In this document: one piece after another, positions 23,451 to 36,850 of the stretch
Layout: every line of letters begins with the position of its first letter
Position numbering within the stretch: the stretch's first letter is position 1
Assembly (NCBI RefSeq): GCF_037042905.1
Contig: NC_087251.1
Coordinates: forward strand, 23,128,001-23,192,000
Direction: 5' to 3'
Source of the DNA: Lytechinus pictus
Taxonomy: Eukaryota
DNA length: 64,000 nucleotides
The notes under the pieces: generated by a model
Seen by the model: only the letters and a program-made list of their open reading frames with translations
Databases searched by the model: none
What the model was told of the DNA's origin: nothing
Program-made: the position numbers and the translations under genes

Positions 23451-26400
23451 TATAGCAACAACTGTCTTATTTTTACTGTATTAGAGAGAAGGGGTGTTGT
23501 TTTCTTTTGTAGGCATATTCCCCCTAACATTACAAATTTTTTGGTGATAAAGTAAAATACTTGAAAATCAGCATCCATAAATTTCTCAGCCGATAAGCAA
23601 TAGGGGTTTTGTGAGACTACATTATAAGGAGAAGCTTCTTTCTTCCCATGCGGTTTTTATCATGGTGATCAATAACCAAGCATTTGTGGTCTTCTGTCTC
23701 ATAATAAACGTGACATTGATTTTGTAATACAGTGTATGTACTTTCCGCACTCTCTTAGTCGGTTTTATTTAAATGGAAGATGATTCAAAAGATTTTCTGA
23801 TCAAAATAGTAAACTTATAATATCAGTAAAAGTGCGCGGCAAATGGTACTGCATTATAAAAGTGCTTGATTAATTATGTTGATCAAGTTAGCTGATAAGT
23901 ACTGCATAAAAAAAATTTGATATGTAAAGTTAAATCAAAAGTGTCATTAGATTTTAGTATGTTACTTCAACTTTCCGAGAGAACGGAGGATGAAGGGATA
24001 CGTAAACTAAAGAAGGCATACACAAAAAATAAAATGAAAAAAAGTAATTAATTAACGAACGAACATACAACAAATAAACTTGAAAGCCTAAAATGTTTGA
24101 TGAACGGAAGTCATTGTATTGTAAGTAGAGTGTTTGTAAGATTTGTTTTTTTTATTTATATTTTTAATTATTACGCATTATTTAAACAGGGTAGCCCCAT
24201 CAGTAGTCAAATACGGTTGTTTTGTCGTTTTAAGTGCTTAATTTGAGATTGATATCCTTTTCCACAATTCTCTAGAAATTAAGCACTTATCCATAGGAAT
24301 GTGATGCTTGTATATTCTTCTCTCACATCACAGTGAATCATATGGTATACCACGTCCTCAAATCTCAATGTTTCAGAAGTATATTGAACCTGCCGACCAA
24401 TATAAGCGACTTCTACAATCCCGCTAGTCGCTTGGCTTAAAGCAGGTGCTACGGTAGCTTTAAAACGCAAACAATATGAATCTTTACTTCCGGGGTAGTG
24501 GTAATGAAGTGAAAATGTTGCATGGGTCCAGTCCCATAAGCTGGCAGTTGTAAATGTCAAATCAATAGACTATTCGAAAATCGGTAGCCATTTCTTTTAT
24601 TTCCAAGTTATACCTATCATTAATAGAAGCGAAACACCTGGATCGGAAGCTCATCGATTTTTGTTAGGTTTCAAGGACTTCTTTGCTTTGAATAGACGCT
24701 ACTTTTATTCTGAATTCACTTGTTGCTTTTTGAAGAAAAAAATGAACTATAGTATGGTTTGTTCAAATACTAAATTTATAGGCTACCATAGACTATTTGT
24801 TCTTCATAAACATTCATTAATACAGATGAGAAAACTTGTTATATCAAAGCTTGAATTTTTCTCACCTTTTCAAAGTCAAAATTTGATCCATTGTTGCCTA
24901 TGTTAAAAAAGGTCTTTGCCCATTTGAAAAAAAATCTTGTAATAAGTTTACATCTAACTTAGATAACAAGATGTTTTCATGTTAGAATTTGAAAATTATG
25001 AAATATTACCGTTTTTCAAAATTTCGATTTGCACCTTTTTCTACTTACAGCATTATTTGTTTTCCCTATTTTTATCTCAAGAAGAGTATGTTTATTCAAT
25101 TTTTCATTGAACTAAATATCTATTTCATCCGGTCTTTAAATTTACTTATAGGAATTCTAAAGATTATGTATACCTTCAAGTGTAATAAAGTAATCACAAT
25201 TTCGACTTTTGGTTTCCCATCTAAGTAGGTGAAAAGTACTTTGGAAAACCTTAGAAAAAAAAATAATATCTGCTTCCTTTGGCTACACCATAAAGTTATT
25301 GTCTCCTTAATAGGGCATTCGATTGGATTTCAGTTGTTTTTACTTTCTGTTCAGCCTTCTTATCAAACTCATTTGAAAAGTTATCCTGTATAATCCATCC
25401 CACGCTGAGTAAAAGGAGAACAATGACCTCGATGTTCCTCGCCTAGAGAAAAAGCTGATAAAGAAAACAAAATCTGCTGGATTATCTCTTCTGATGAGGT
25501 CTTTAGGCGTTTAATGTACAACAAATTATTTCCCACTTCGGTCCTTTATTGTAGATTCAAATACTATGTGATGTTTATACTGAAAATAAACATAAATGCT
25601 CTAAAATGATCTGGAAATGGTGTAAAAGGGGAAAAACAAAGTGGAATAATGTAGGAGGAGATGTCAAATGAATTCAATACACCGTCACAGCTATTTTATT
25701 CAAAAAATTGGGATGATAGACCTTTTAAATCACTTTGAATAATTTAATGCATTCATTGAAAATCAACAAAGTGCGCTTTATTATCATTTTGTTGTCGTTG
25801 TTGCACATGCACTTTGTATTCGTTCGCTAAAGAAAATAAAAACCAAACAAACATTCAAAGATAATCAGAAAGTAAATTGGGTTTGACTTAAACGTGGAAA
25901 TGACGTTAAATCCGCCCCTCACAGATGTAAATGTTGATTTAGAAATGTCGTCTCCAACCGGACAGCCATCAGAGTGGAGCTAAAAATACACAGGAGTTGC
26001 AAATTACCATCTGGGCGATTTATGCGTTGTATACCTTTGGAAGAAAATAGTTTTACACACTGACAGTTGAATGTATACAATCACTGTGTGAACAAAGGCA
26101 TTATGCATCATGTATCGATAGTCACCATACCGGCACATACTAGTCCATGTGTTTCAACTGAAGTGTGTTGAGAAAAACTGCACAGGTGCATTACTAGCAC
26201 ACACCAAGAAGGAGTTGACAATGAAATGTCATTTGAGGTTTTATTCCGTTGTGAGAAAAATTAATGTCTATATCAGGTCCATCAAGCTCTCACATAAAAA
26301 ATGGTAATGGCGCTATTAAAAAATATATTTTAATATGAAAAGATTATATGACTAATTTCCGAGACCTTAGCAAGAATGGCCAGAATCTTATTGAAATGTC

Positions 26401-29400
26401 ACTCCGATGATGTATCTAGGACTATTATTTTGATTACACTGAGTCTTATTAGTATGTGCATATTTTAATATAAAAAAGAAACGGCCAACAGTCTTATCAA
26501 TTTAACAGTAAACCAGGTACTGATTGAGATAAAAGAACAGGCTGATAACTATTGATATGCATGACCCATTGCAAAGAGCATGACATGATTTCAGTTAAGA
26601 TGAAATATTTTTTTATCATTATAAGATTCTATTGACAACTAAATTATCGTTTCATTGATATGTTTACAGAATTATAAGAACGGAGGAAAATCGAAAGCAA
26701 TATAAAATTTTCTAAAAATTATCTACCGAAATCGTAATATGGTCCTTATAAGAGAGTCATTAAATATAATCTCTTCGAATATATATAAATATATATACAT
26801 ATGTATATATCTATACAGTATATACATAATTTATAGGGTGTGTATGTGTTTTCATTTTGAACAGAATTGTACCTTTATCAACATATAACGTTTTAAATGA
26901 CATTGTTTAATTAAGCCGCCTATTTCTAGTTGAGGACAGCGTTTCGGAGTAAATTTTCTAATATTATTTCTGTATTTTGTCTAAATTTCACAAACACTTT
27001 CGGAAACTACCACATAAAAAGAAGCACTCTAATACGTATACTTCAAGTGAATATTCTTTATAATAGGAAAATATATTAATGATTTATTTATATCCCGGTT
27101 TTTCGCGATTTTCAGCTACTTGAGATATCATTAAAGAATTTTATTTGTTTTTCACATGATAATTCAATATATATTCATTTATTACAATAGCAGGAAAATG
27201 TTTCATGTTAAGTAATCAATGTTATTTCATTATCATTCCATTTCATCAAATTTAAACGCCTACATGATACAGTTTAAATGCTCTACGGTGTTGTGTTTCG
27301 CAGTGGATATCTCACTATAATGAGTGGCACAAACCTCGCGGAGAAATAAAATGAAGGCGTTTCTATGACAACCGAGCTCAAATGAAATTCAGTATGCGCA
27401 TTTTTTTTTCTATTTCATTCTCTCATTCTTTCTCCTTTTCTCTGACTGGCCCCGAGGTTTTTTTTTTCTTAATTCGTTTGTTTCTGCGAGAAAATGAAAA
27501 TTACAGAGTCGTAGATATTAGCAATTGCGTTGTCTGAAACCAGTGTTAATACATATAATTTTACTTCGTTGGTACTTTATACAATCATTTATTTATTTTT
27601 CCGTCCCTCATCTTGAGAAAGTCCTTTTTTAGAATCGTTGTATATTATCGTTTGTAAAATAGTGTTTGATATTTCGTTGCAAAGGAGAAGTATGCAAACT
27701 GAATCCTATTAACTCGCAAATTTATTACATTGTACAGAAATATATTTTAAGGATTTTGAAGAGTAGGAAATACATGCAATGCACGGTGCCAATTTGCATA
27801 CGGAACAATTTCTGTAATGAGTCTTAAGATTTCCAAAGCTGATATGTAATCCAACTTTTTGCAAATATATCGTTTGTCTTGAAGAAGACAAGTAAAGGCC
27901 TAATATGTGTTTTTAAGAAATGAAAGTCAACTTGTATGCGTCTCAATACACGCACGGGTGTATCTACTTTAGAGGTTTAGGTGGTGGGATATAACACCGA
28001 TCTATTTGTTGAGGTTTTGATGCATATGACCAGGCGTTACATTTTCCACATATCATCCATGACAGTCTGTGATCAGACGTGGCCAGAGCTGTAGCCTTCA
28101 TAGGCATGCAGAAGAGATTTAAAGGGCGCGACTACAAATTTGCAGTATGGAAAATAAAAATGAATGATTTCGAAATTGGAAGAGAAGTCTGTGTTTTGCT
28201 TGAGTAGATTGTTCATTCTGGAATAACGTATGGCGTATCTTTTGAATTGAATGGATGAAAAAAGGAATTTCAAGGCAACGGTCGATTAGGGATGTAATTT
28301 ATATGATTAAGCTGCATATTTTCGTAAATTTAAAAAAAAGAAATGCATGGTATTAAATCTACATACATTAGTCCTTTAAACAGAAATATACAGCTTTCTT
28401 TAGATTCAATAACATGTCAATGATGTTTGTATAAAAACAGTATTATTTTTTTTTGTGAAATGGGTTATTTTGGTTCCCGGGTTTTTATTTTAGCCATTAA
28501 CTGACAAGTATGACGGTTATTTGTCTCGTACAGGCGCTGCGATTTTTGTTCTATTTTGGGGTTTTTGTTGTTGTCATGGCCGGGGTGGGGATATTCTTTT
28601 CGAATTGATTGTTGTACAAATTCCAATATTTATGTGGGACTCGTCCATGAGAAAGAAAGAGAATGAGATAAAAAGAGGGAAAGAGAGAGAATTGAAGAGG
28701 AGGGAGGGGATGGTAAAGGCGATGGGTGATTTCTAAGGAGGCATGGGCTGTGATTAGAGAGATTCATCGAACAAATGGGGTATTAAGAAGGGAGAAAAGG
28801 AGGATGTCAATGATGATAGCAAAGGGAAAATGGTTTGCCAGATATCCTCAAACGATATCACCATGCGTGGAAATACTCTACCATTCTCCTGTATGTGCAT
28901 GGGCACAGAGAATGGATAGGGTTTGACAATCACAACGAGCGATCTTATTTTCTATTTCGGAAAACAGATGACATTGTGCCAGTTGCAGATGAATCAATAA
29001 CCCAGATATTTCAAAATCTACTTTGGTTTCAATTGATGGGGATATGTATGTTCTACATGTACTTCTATTTCACATTAAAACAATTGCTGGAGATGGGCAT
29101 AGTGCGATGTTTGAAAGTACAGCGGATCCCGAGGAAGAGAAGAAAATAAAATGGCTGCCACAAAATGGAGGTTATACGTGACCAATATGTCATGGTGACA
29201 TTTAACAAGGAGACAGGACCGTCACCTATGACCTTCTCTCGTCGTACGTAATCATTTCATCTTCCGTGCTGACCACTTATTTTGGCACAATGGGTACATA
29301 CGCCTTCCTTCAGCGGTTGTTATGGAGACTATACATTTCCCAGAATAGCTTAACCCCGTTTCCCGCCGAACTATTGCGCTTTACTTTTTTCTCGTGTGCA

Positions 29401-30574
29401 GGGGCATTGGTCATCGGGGCCATCGTCATCATCTGTTTTCTCTCCTTGTCCTAACATAGGTACTGGCAATATTAGTGTTGAACTGTTTGCCTTCACATTT
29501 CCATTTGTATGTTTGAGAATATATGTTTTATTGGATATTATCGAAACTGTGCTCATGGATAATATTCAATCGAAAAAATAACTAATTCAATCTGTCTGTT
29601 GTATCCATTATTTGTGTTTTCTGGGAACATAAATGATATATCATGAGAGTGTCAAGAGCTAATGCATAGCATTAAAGTATCTGTATCATATCCGCCATTA
29701 AAATGCAGTATCTGTTTAAGATAAGTTTAGACGAATTATTGGATTTTCGACAGAAAAGTCCTCTGTCCGGACGCACTCCCCGGTAAGGGGGGGGGGGGTA
29801 TGGTTATGATTACGGGATGGAAGAGTCATTACAAAAAGTCTTACAACCTGCTTACCATCCACTGATGGAAATGTCTTTGCTGCATGCCAGCTAAAAAAGA
29901 TAATAACACCAGTATGACAAGCTAGGTCGAACCAGACGATATCACTAACTTACTCATCACGTGATCTAGTTTTCTTTATTCAGTTCCCGCCTTGTTTTAC
30001 CTAGCGACTCTCTTGTAAAGATTGTTTACCCAGAGCTCTCCAAATTGAGTTCGTATGGACCTCCATAGACAGTTGTTTAAATTGCATTCTTATGAAGGAA
30101 AACCGGAGAGTGTAACATCTCTTTCCAGAATAAACAGTTCAGATTACATGTACAAGGGCGTCCTTAATTTTCACAATAGCAGGTATGCATTTCGCATTGC
30201 CTTGAAATTATCGTGAATAAGGTATCATGAAGATGCTGATCATGAAAATTGTTTATTTTGAAAATGCTTCAAGGGGAACGAGTGCGCATCTCTACTTTCT
30301 TGCTCTCACAGAAGGTGTTTATACAATCAAGTGGGACGAAAGAATCGAATATCTTATATGATCAAGAATACTCGACGAATAACAGATGCGAGTTCGTCAA
30401 AAAGTACACATTCATGTCCCCTTATAATTAAGACTAGATTTATTATAATAATGATTCAAAGTTCAATTCACGTTTACACAAGACCATGCAAACACAGGCT
30501 TGGTTAACAATTGATTTGTGAATGGTTTATTTATAAAACAAAGGAAATCCGACCCATTTCGCGTTCACCTCGTC

Positions 30575-30719
30575 CCAGGAGGCGCTTTCTCAAAAGTTTT
30601 GTCAGTGATTTTTAAAGACTACTTTGCTCACAGCCAATCAAATGCAGTGATTTGCAGTAGCTTATAACATCTGTCTGTGATAATCACTGAAAAAAACTTT
30701 TCAATTAAACGCTTCCTGG
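30575..30719. mobile_element. Degenerate short MITE related to 15335-15491
   Basis: Ends ccaggaggcgcttt...ttttgtcagtgatt / aatcactgaaaaaa...aaacgcttcctgg, with a central cagccaatcaaa. Confidence 0.6.
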
Positions 30720-33700
30720 TGTCGATCAAGATATCAGCAGTAGATATGAAGTAATCAAAAATGTTGATTTCTTTTAGAAATGGAACATCTACTCTGTCTC
30801 TATGATTATTGGCATTTTCGGTAATTGGATGTAATGAAATTATTTTTGTCCCAGTTCTGCTGGAGTTGGGGGCACAATTTTGCAGAGCTCTGAAGTATAG
30901 TGGGTTTAATTTTCTGCAATATTCCTTGCTTTGATGCTGGCTGAGATTTGATCCAATTATGCCCAAAGTGCTGGCTTTTTTTTATTACCGTTGTAATAGG
31001 TCAAAAACGTTGATCAAGTTTTATTAGAAAGGCCGTCTCTCTTGGGAGTCCTCTTGATATTTGTAGTGGAATAAAAATCTTAGCTCGCGACGTGATTTAA
31101 TGATACCTAATTGATTTGGATGTTTGTTCGTATATTACGGTTAAATGGATTAGTAACGGCCTATTACCGCCTTGTGTGTTGGTGCATGAAGGAGGCGTGT
31201 GTATGTGAAAGTAAAGTTTGTGTTACGAATTGCTATTTTTAATACCGCGTCGCCATTACAGATTGAATAGGAACGTAACGACTCCACGACTCGTTGATGG
31301 TGCCCTGTTTTTATCCAGACCGTCCACACACAATCTCACACACTTAACATCTACCGCACCAGTCATATAAAGTCAATTTGTTTTACATTTGCTCATGTTT
31401 GCCTTTATTGTTACTTCGGCCAGCACCAAAAAAAAAATGAACCATGGAATGAACATTCGGGTGCATTGAACTTTGGAAGAAATTCTACCTGAATATACTA
31501 TAATATTTTTTCTACAAAACTCCTCTCGAATGATATACACCCGATAAAGAAATTGCACCCTAGATGCAACACACCTGCTTGGGAGCAATCTTACACCATA
31601 AGTAAAACAGACAAACAATAACATCTTGTCTTCTTTGTATGAACCCAAGCATTTTACACTCTTTTAGGGTGCACATTTCTTAGTAAAAAGGGTGCAAATT
31701 TATAATTCGCACCATTTACATGCTTTATGGTGTATGATTAAGTTAATTGTCTTATGAAAAATGCAAAAGCTTCTTAGGATGCAAAGTTGCACTCAAAGAA
31801 AATGTTTTTTCATTGTGCCCTTTTTTGCGTATGTCAATTTGAATGTAGATTCATGTTTGCAATTGAAGTATTATGACAAATATACTAACGCCCTTGTCCT
31901 GAAGTTTGTCTTTTTTATCAAAATGATAAAGGATGACCCATAACACGACTAAGAAGGAACATGTCAATGTTGTTTTGTTTGATTATCAGTCTATGCACAA
32001 ATTCTTTTCGATTGAATAATAAATTTCCTTAAGAAGACCGTTTTTAGTGGATCCCTCCATTTCCTCAACATTTATTTAAATAGTAAAGATGAATAAAAGA
32101 AGTTATATGCAAAATGCTTTATCCTGAATAGTCTACAGTTATTATTATGATTATCTAGTTCATTGTAAATATCATTATTAATATGGTTATCATATTGTTT
32201 AGTGTCTATTGTAAATATTTATTTATCTATGTCATATTGTCATACTGTATATACTTGTATATTCATTAATATCTTTGTAATGATTTCTTTTACTGATAAA
32301 TTGACTTGAGTTTAAATGAAAATAAACCAAAACTGAAACAGTCTTTCGATTAAAAAAATCAATTACTAGATCTATTCTCTTTTTATATTGTTCACATACT
32401 GTATATCTTAACACCTTCCTTACAGAAAATGTATTTTATATAGAAAGAATGAGAAGGGGTGCCAAAAATTGGCGCCAAGCCTTACCCATTACCATGTAAT
32501 GATTTTGAACATGGCAAATGATGTATTGTGAGAGCTTGCATATAATGCAGAATAGGAATCTCACACTCGTGATGTCGACGAAAGGTGAGGCTACCGACTA
32601 ACCGTAGTCATTCCAAGAAGGCATCCATTTAAATCAATTGAACCATCAATTACCTTCACAGACAATTGATCCCAAATAAATTTAACACGTTAAACAAACC
32701 GTGCGCCACACAAACTACACCCTTCATTTTCATCATGCTATCCAAACGTATATATTGTTAGCATGGTTAATGTAAGGCAGTAATAGACATGTGCTCTTTT
32801 CGGAGGTGCTGCGGGTTTAATTCAATATAGTTTCTTCGCAATCCATTCGAGAAAATAACAGATGATAATATACGAAACTTTTTTATGCTTTAGGTGTAAC
32901 AATGTTATGTAAACGAGTACAGAATTGCTTTGAAAATAAATATAGTGTATTAGGGAGTATTTTTCCAGACATCTTCATCAAATCTTGTTAATGACTGCTG
33001 AAACACAATTGATGTGTTTGTTCTACATTTCAATCTATACCATTAGAGATTCTTTTAGGATGTGTAATTATCTGGTAATCCGTGGAGATTGAGAGTATGT
33101 TTGCTAAAGACAGGATGTTGTCGGTAATAAGATAAGGGTAAAAGTTCAAACCAAAAAGATGTTGGCAAGCAAGAGAGTGTGACTAAAGAATGTAAACGTG
33201 TAGTGAAAGAATTAGAGTGGTTAGAAGAGCACTCAGTTGACAGAAGAAAAAAAGACAAACGGAATGTTTTTATGGTGACTAAATATAGATGGGGACAAAT
33301 AAGTGGAGTAATAAACATGATTATTAGTATGAGGTTTGGGGTTGTTTTCAGAAGAAAAAAATGTGCGACGTAAAACATGAGTAAATTAGGAAGAAATATC
33401 ATGAACTTAAACTTAGATGGGGGGGGGGGGGGGGGGAGAAGGGTCTGAAAGAGATAGATTGAGAGAAATTGAAGAAGGGACAGATGATGAGAAATAGAAT
33501 ACTGCGTTTAATCAGCCTTCTCCTTCGTGATTCAATTAGCTTCGTTTCCGGTGTATGATATTATTGAGATTTGATGAAAATAAGATTTCCAAGGAGTTTC
33601 AAATCGATGGTGCGACCGGATGACAGTATGAAAGGCGTTATTGATTGGCAATGGGCAATCAAGCAGATTAAATCTCTATGAGCTTTGAATAATGGAGATG

Positions 33701-36637
33701 CTTGGCAGTATTGGTTTCAGGAATGTTGCAGTTATTTGAATGATTTGAAAACGAATTTCGATCACCAAACATGGTAATTTGTCCTCCAAAGTCTACTCCA
33801 ATCGACATATATTCTACTTATTCAGGGTTTATCATTTCATTTTCATGACCATTATTAAAAACGCAAACAATTATTAAAAACGCAAACATGACGAATATAA
33901 GACTTTGCATGAAATCATAGACTTAACAAATACAATATGTTTTTAGAACTGATGGCCATGAGATTCAGTTTGTTCTATCATGTTTGTCAATAACTTGCAA
34001 ATTTTGAAACCGAATTCTGCGATAATGAATATTCAAAAGAAGGAAATATTGTGACATATTTTTCTGAGATTGTCTAATTTGTCGTTATAACCATTACAAA
34101 TATTTATTGTAATCAAAATTACTATCATCATTCTCATCATTATTCAACCAGTCATGTGCAAAATCACCGAGTTGGATCTCGTAAGTATTGTCCTTTTTTG
34201 GGGCAGCTACGACGTTGCTTGGCGATTAATTACAATGTCCTTTTATTTTGATATAGAAATGTTTGTTATTTTCTGAATACAGGCGTCTAAAAAATTAGCG
34301 GTCACGTCATTCTAAAAACATGGCACTGATTTTGATTGATGACGCCAATGGACATTTTACAAGGCCGCCTTTTTATCAGTTTTGCCTACCGATATCATTT
34401 ACACACTACAGGCTGGTTTACCCCTTCATCCCCAATTACATGGCCTTTACCAGTTGAGGATATGCAGTTCCGGCCGCCTTTGGCTTTTTTAAAAACTTGT
34501 TAGCCTTCCAACACCGTTTTCTCCTGGAAAACGAAGCGGAGAAGGTAATGCTTGCTATTGGCTTACTAGATCATTCATGGTTACTATGGCTTATATATTA
34601 TGCCATTTCCTATACGTCAGTACGAACATGGTTTGTATTTTCGTCCGTTTTGGTTAGGTGATTTTTAATCAAAATGGGTGCATGCTCCAATTAATAAGAA
34701 CCAGGTATCGTGAAGCAGTGATAGACAGTAAATATAGATTACCTTTCATAAGTGAACAGAAAAGATACAATAAATGGCATTTTATGATACAGCACCAATG
34801 GTATAGATTTGACATGTAACATTTCCTTTTCCCCTATACTATACATTTCGTCGTTATTTAACCGATTGATTTTGTGATCACTGTTCATTTCCCCGTGAAG
34901 ATTAAGATCTGATACGATTCATTTAGCTGATGGAATGTTAACCCATCTTTGATCCATCAACATAATAAAGTGGAGATGTTGCCACTCTATGAAAGGTGGG
35001 CCAGCCAAGTACTTTCTTGTCAAGAATTATCAATTTCAACGATCGCTTCTGCTTTTTCTAATGATTGTTTTTCATCTGAATATGGGGTTATCCGTTTTAT
35101 GGACTGTACCTGTTTTCTACGTGACTGGAAACACATAATTTGCAAATAGGGCTTATGCGTTGTTGAAATGTCCATAATTTACAATGTCATAAAGATTTTT
35201 AATTTTGTAAAGTAATTTGTTTATTAGATATATTATTCATTCTGTGCCACTGTGGAGAAGCCACTCTCTTAGATAAATACTGTGCTATTTCCTGAATATT
35301 GTAAAGGGTAACCCTCAGGTTAATTCATACGCCAAATGATGGACACCAAAAACCAATCTTCACTATTCCGAACACTTCTGTGCAGTTAACTTTCTTACTA
35401 TGATGCTATCTAGTCCGTGTATCCTATATACAGCATGTTGCTCGCAATTAAATCTTTATAATGAATTTGTTAATCTTTAAGACAAAATATAAAAATTTAA
35501 ATAGGAATTATGCTTCGCTTGTTTTGTAAACACGTCTTCGGTTGGATGTGGCGTTTCCACCAGGTCAGTCTCTGAAGTCAATGGAAATCCATAAGAAGAC
35601 GCATACAACAAGGCATAACTGTAGCTTCTTGATCTTCTACACTCAATCTTATTTTCTTGAGGAGTTTTAGGGGATGGAAAGGAACGAGTAGTTCCCCGAT
35701 GTACGATGGTTTAAATGGCGACTATCAATCATTGTCTTCGATTGACTCTCGCTCTTCGAACTGAAAACAAGGCCGAAGAATGTTCGTCATCATTTCCAAT
35801 TTTACCCTCCTGTTCTTTGTCGGGGAAAGTCTTCATTAGAGAACAATTTTATGTTTCCTCTGAGACCGATTGCATGGTAGATTGTGAAAAATTGTATTTA
35901 TTTAATTTGTTTGTTCATTTATTTATTCATTTATTTATTTTTTATTTCATGGGGGTTATGACTGAGGTATTTATTTGATGAATAATATTCATACATACAT
36001 GCCTGTCATTTTTTTGTAAATCAATAGTATACGAAGCATATTTAGTTGGCCAAATACCTTGTATCGCGCTATAAACAGATGGTTTAATTTGAATTTGTTG
36101 TGGATGTTTTGCGTTGATTGTAGACCCTGGATTGGTGATTAGTCAAGTATCCGTATCCTTTAAAGTGTCGGTTTCGCTGTAAAGTATTGAGCAGTAGCGA
36201 CACCCGTCGTTTGACTAAACGCTCAGAGTCACAGCGCAATTTCAAGGATGATTGGATATCTTTCACACGGATTAAAGACGATATGAGGTCTAAGACACCC
36301 CCCCCCCCCCCTCAAAAGAGAGAGCAAAATATATTGACATACATTTCTCCTTACGATTTAGGTCAGGGCTGTCTGAAACATTTAGACTGAAAATGTTTAC
36401 CAAGTTCTTGGTTTCTATAGGGTACATAATGATCATATTTATAGAATTCACGGATAACAAATGATACTTTTCTTAAAATAGTTAGTATTCTAGAAAAACC
36501 AAAATAAAAGAAATGAAGAATTCTCAGAGTAAAAAAACAAATCATTTAAGGAAACGGCAACAAAATTGGACGTTTTGATATCGTAGTAAAGGAAAAAAAA
36601 GCGAGGTGCAACGGCTAACCTATATACCTATTTATAT

Positions 36638-36850
36638 TTCATTTCATTTTCATTTCATTTATTTATTCCAAATTCTCATTAAAAAACATACAACATACAA
36701 ATCAAAGAATACACTATATACAAATAAAGATACAAAAATAGAAACACATTTAACAAGAGAATAAATGAGAATATGAGGGATCCAGCATAGACCAATGGCC
36801 TTTCTAAGGCTGGGCTCCCGAGACCATAATATAATCATAATAATCATAGA
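36638..36850 (-). mobile_element. 3' end fragment of a CR1/L2-group LINE
   Basis: (ATTTC)n tail plus tttatt, followed by a GC-richer hairpin-like block (gggatccagc...gctgggctccc). The layout is the same as the 3' end of the LINE at 21307. Confidence 0.55.

Noticed and set aside
23139..23555. 138-aa Ser-rich protein
   Set aside because: Artefact of the (AGT)n microsatellite plus antisense LINE sequence.
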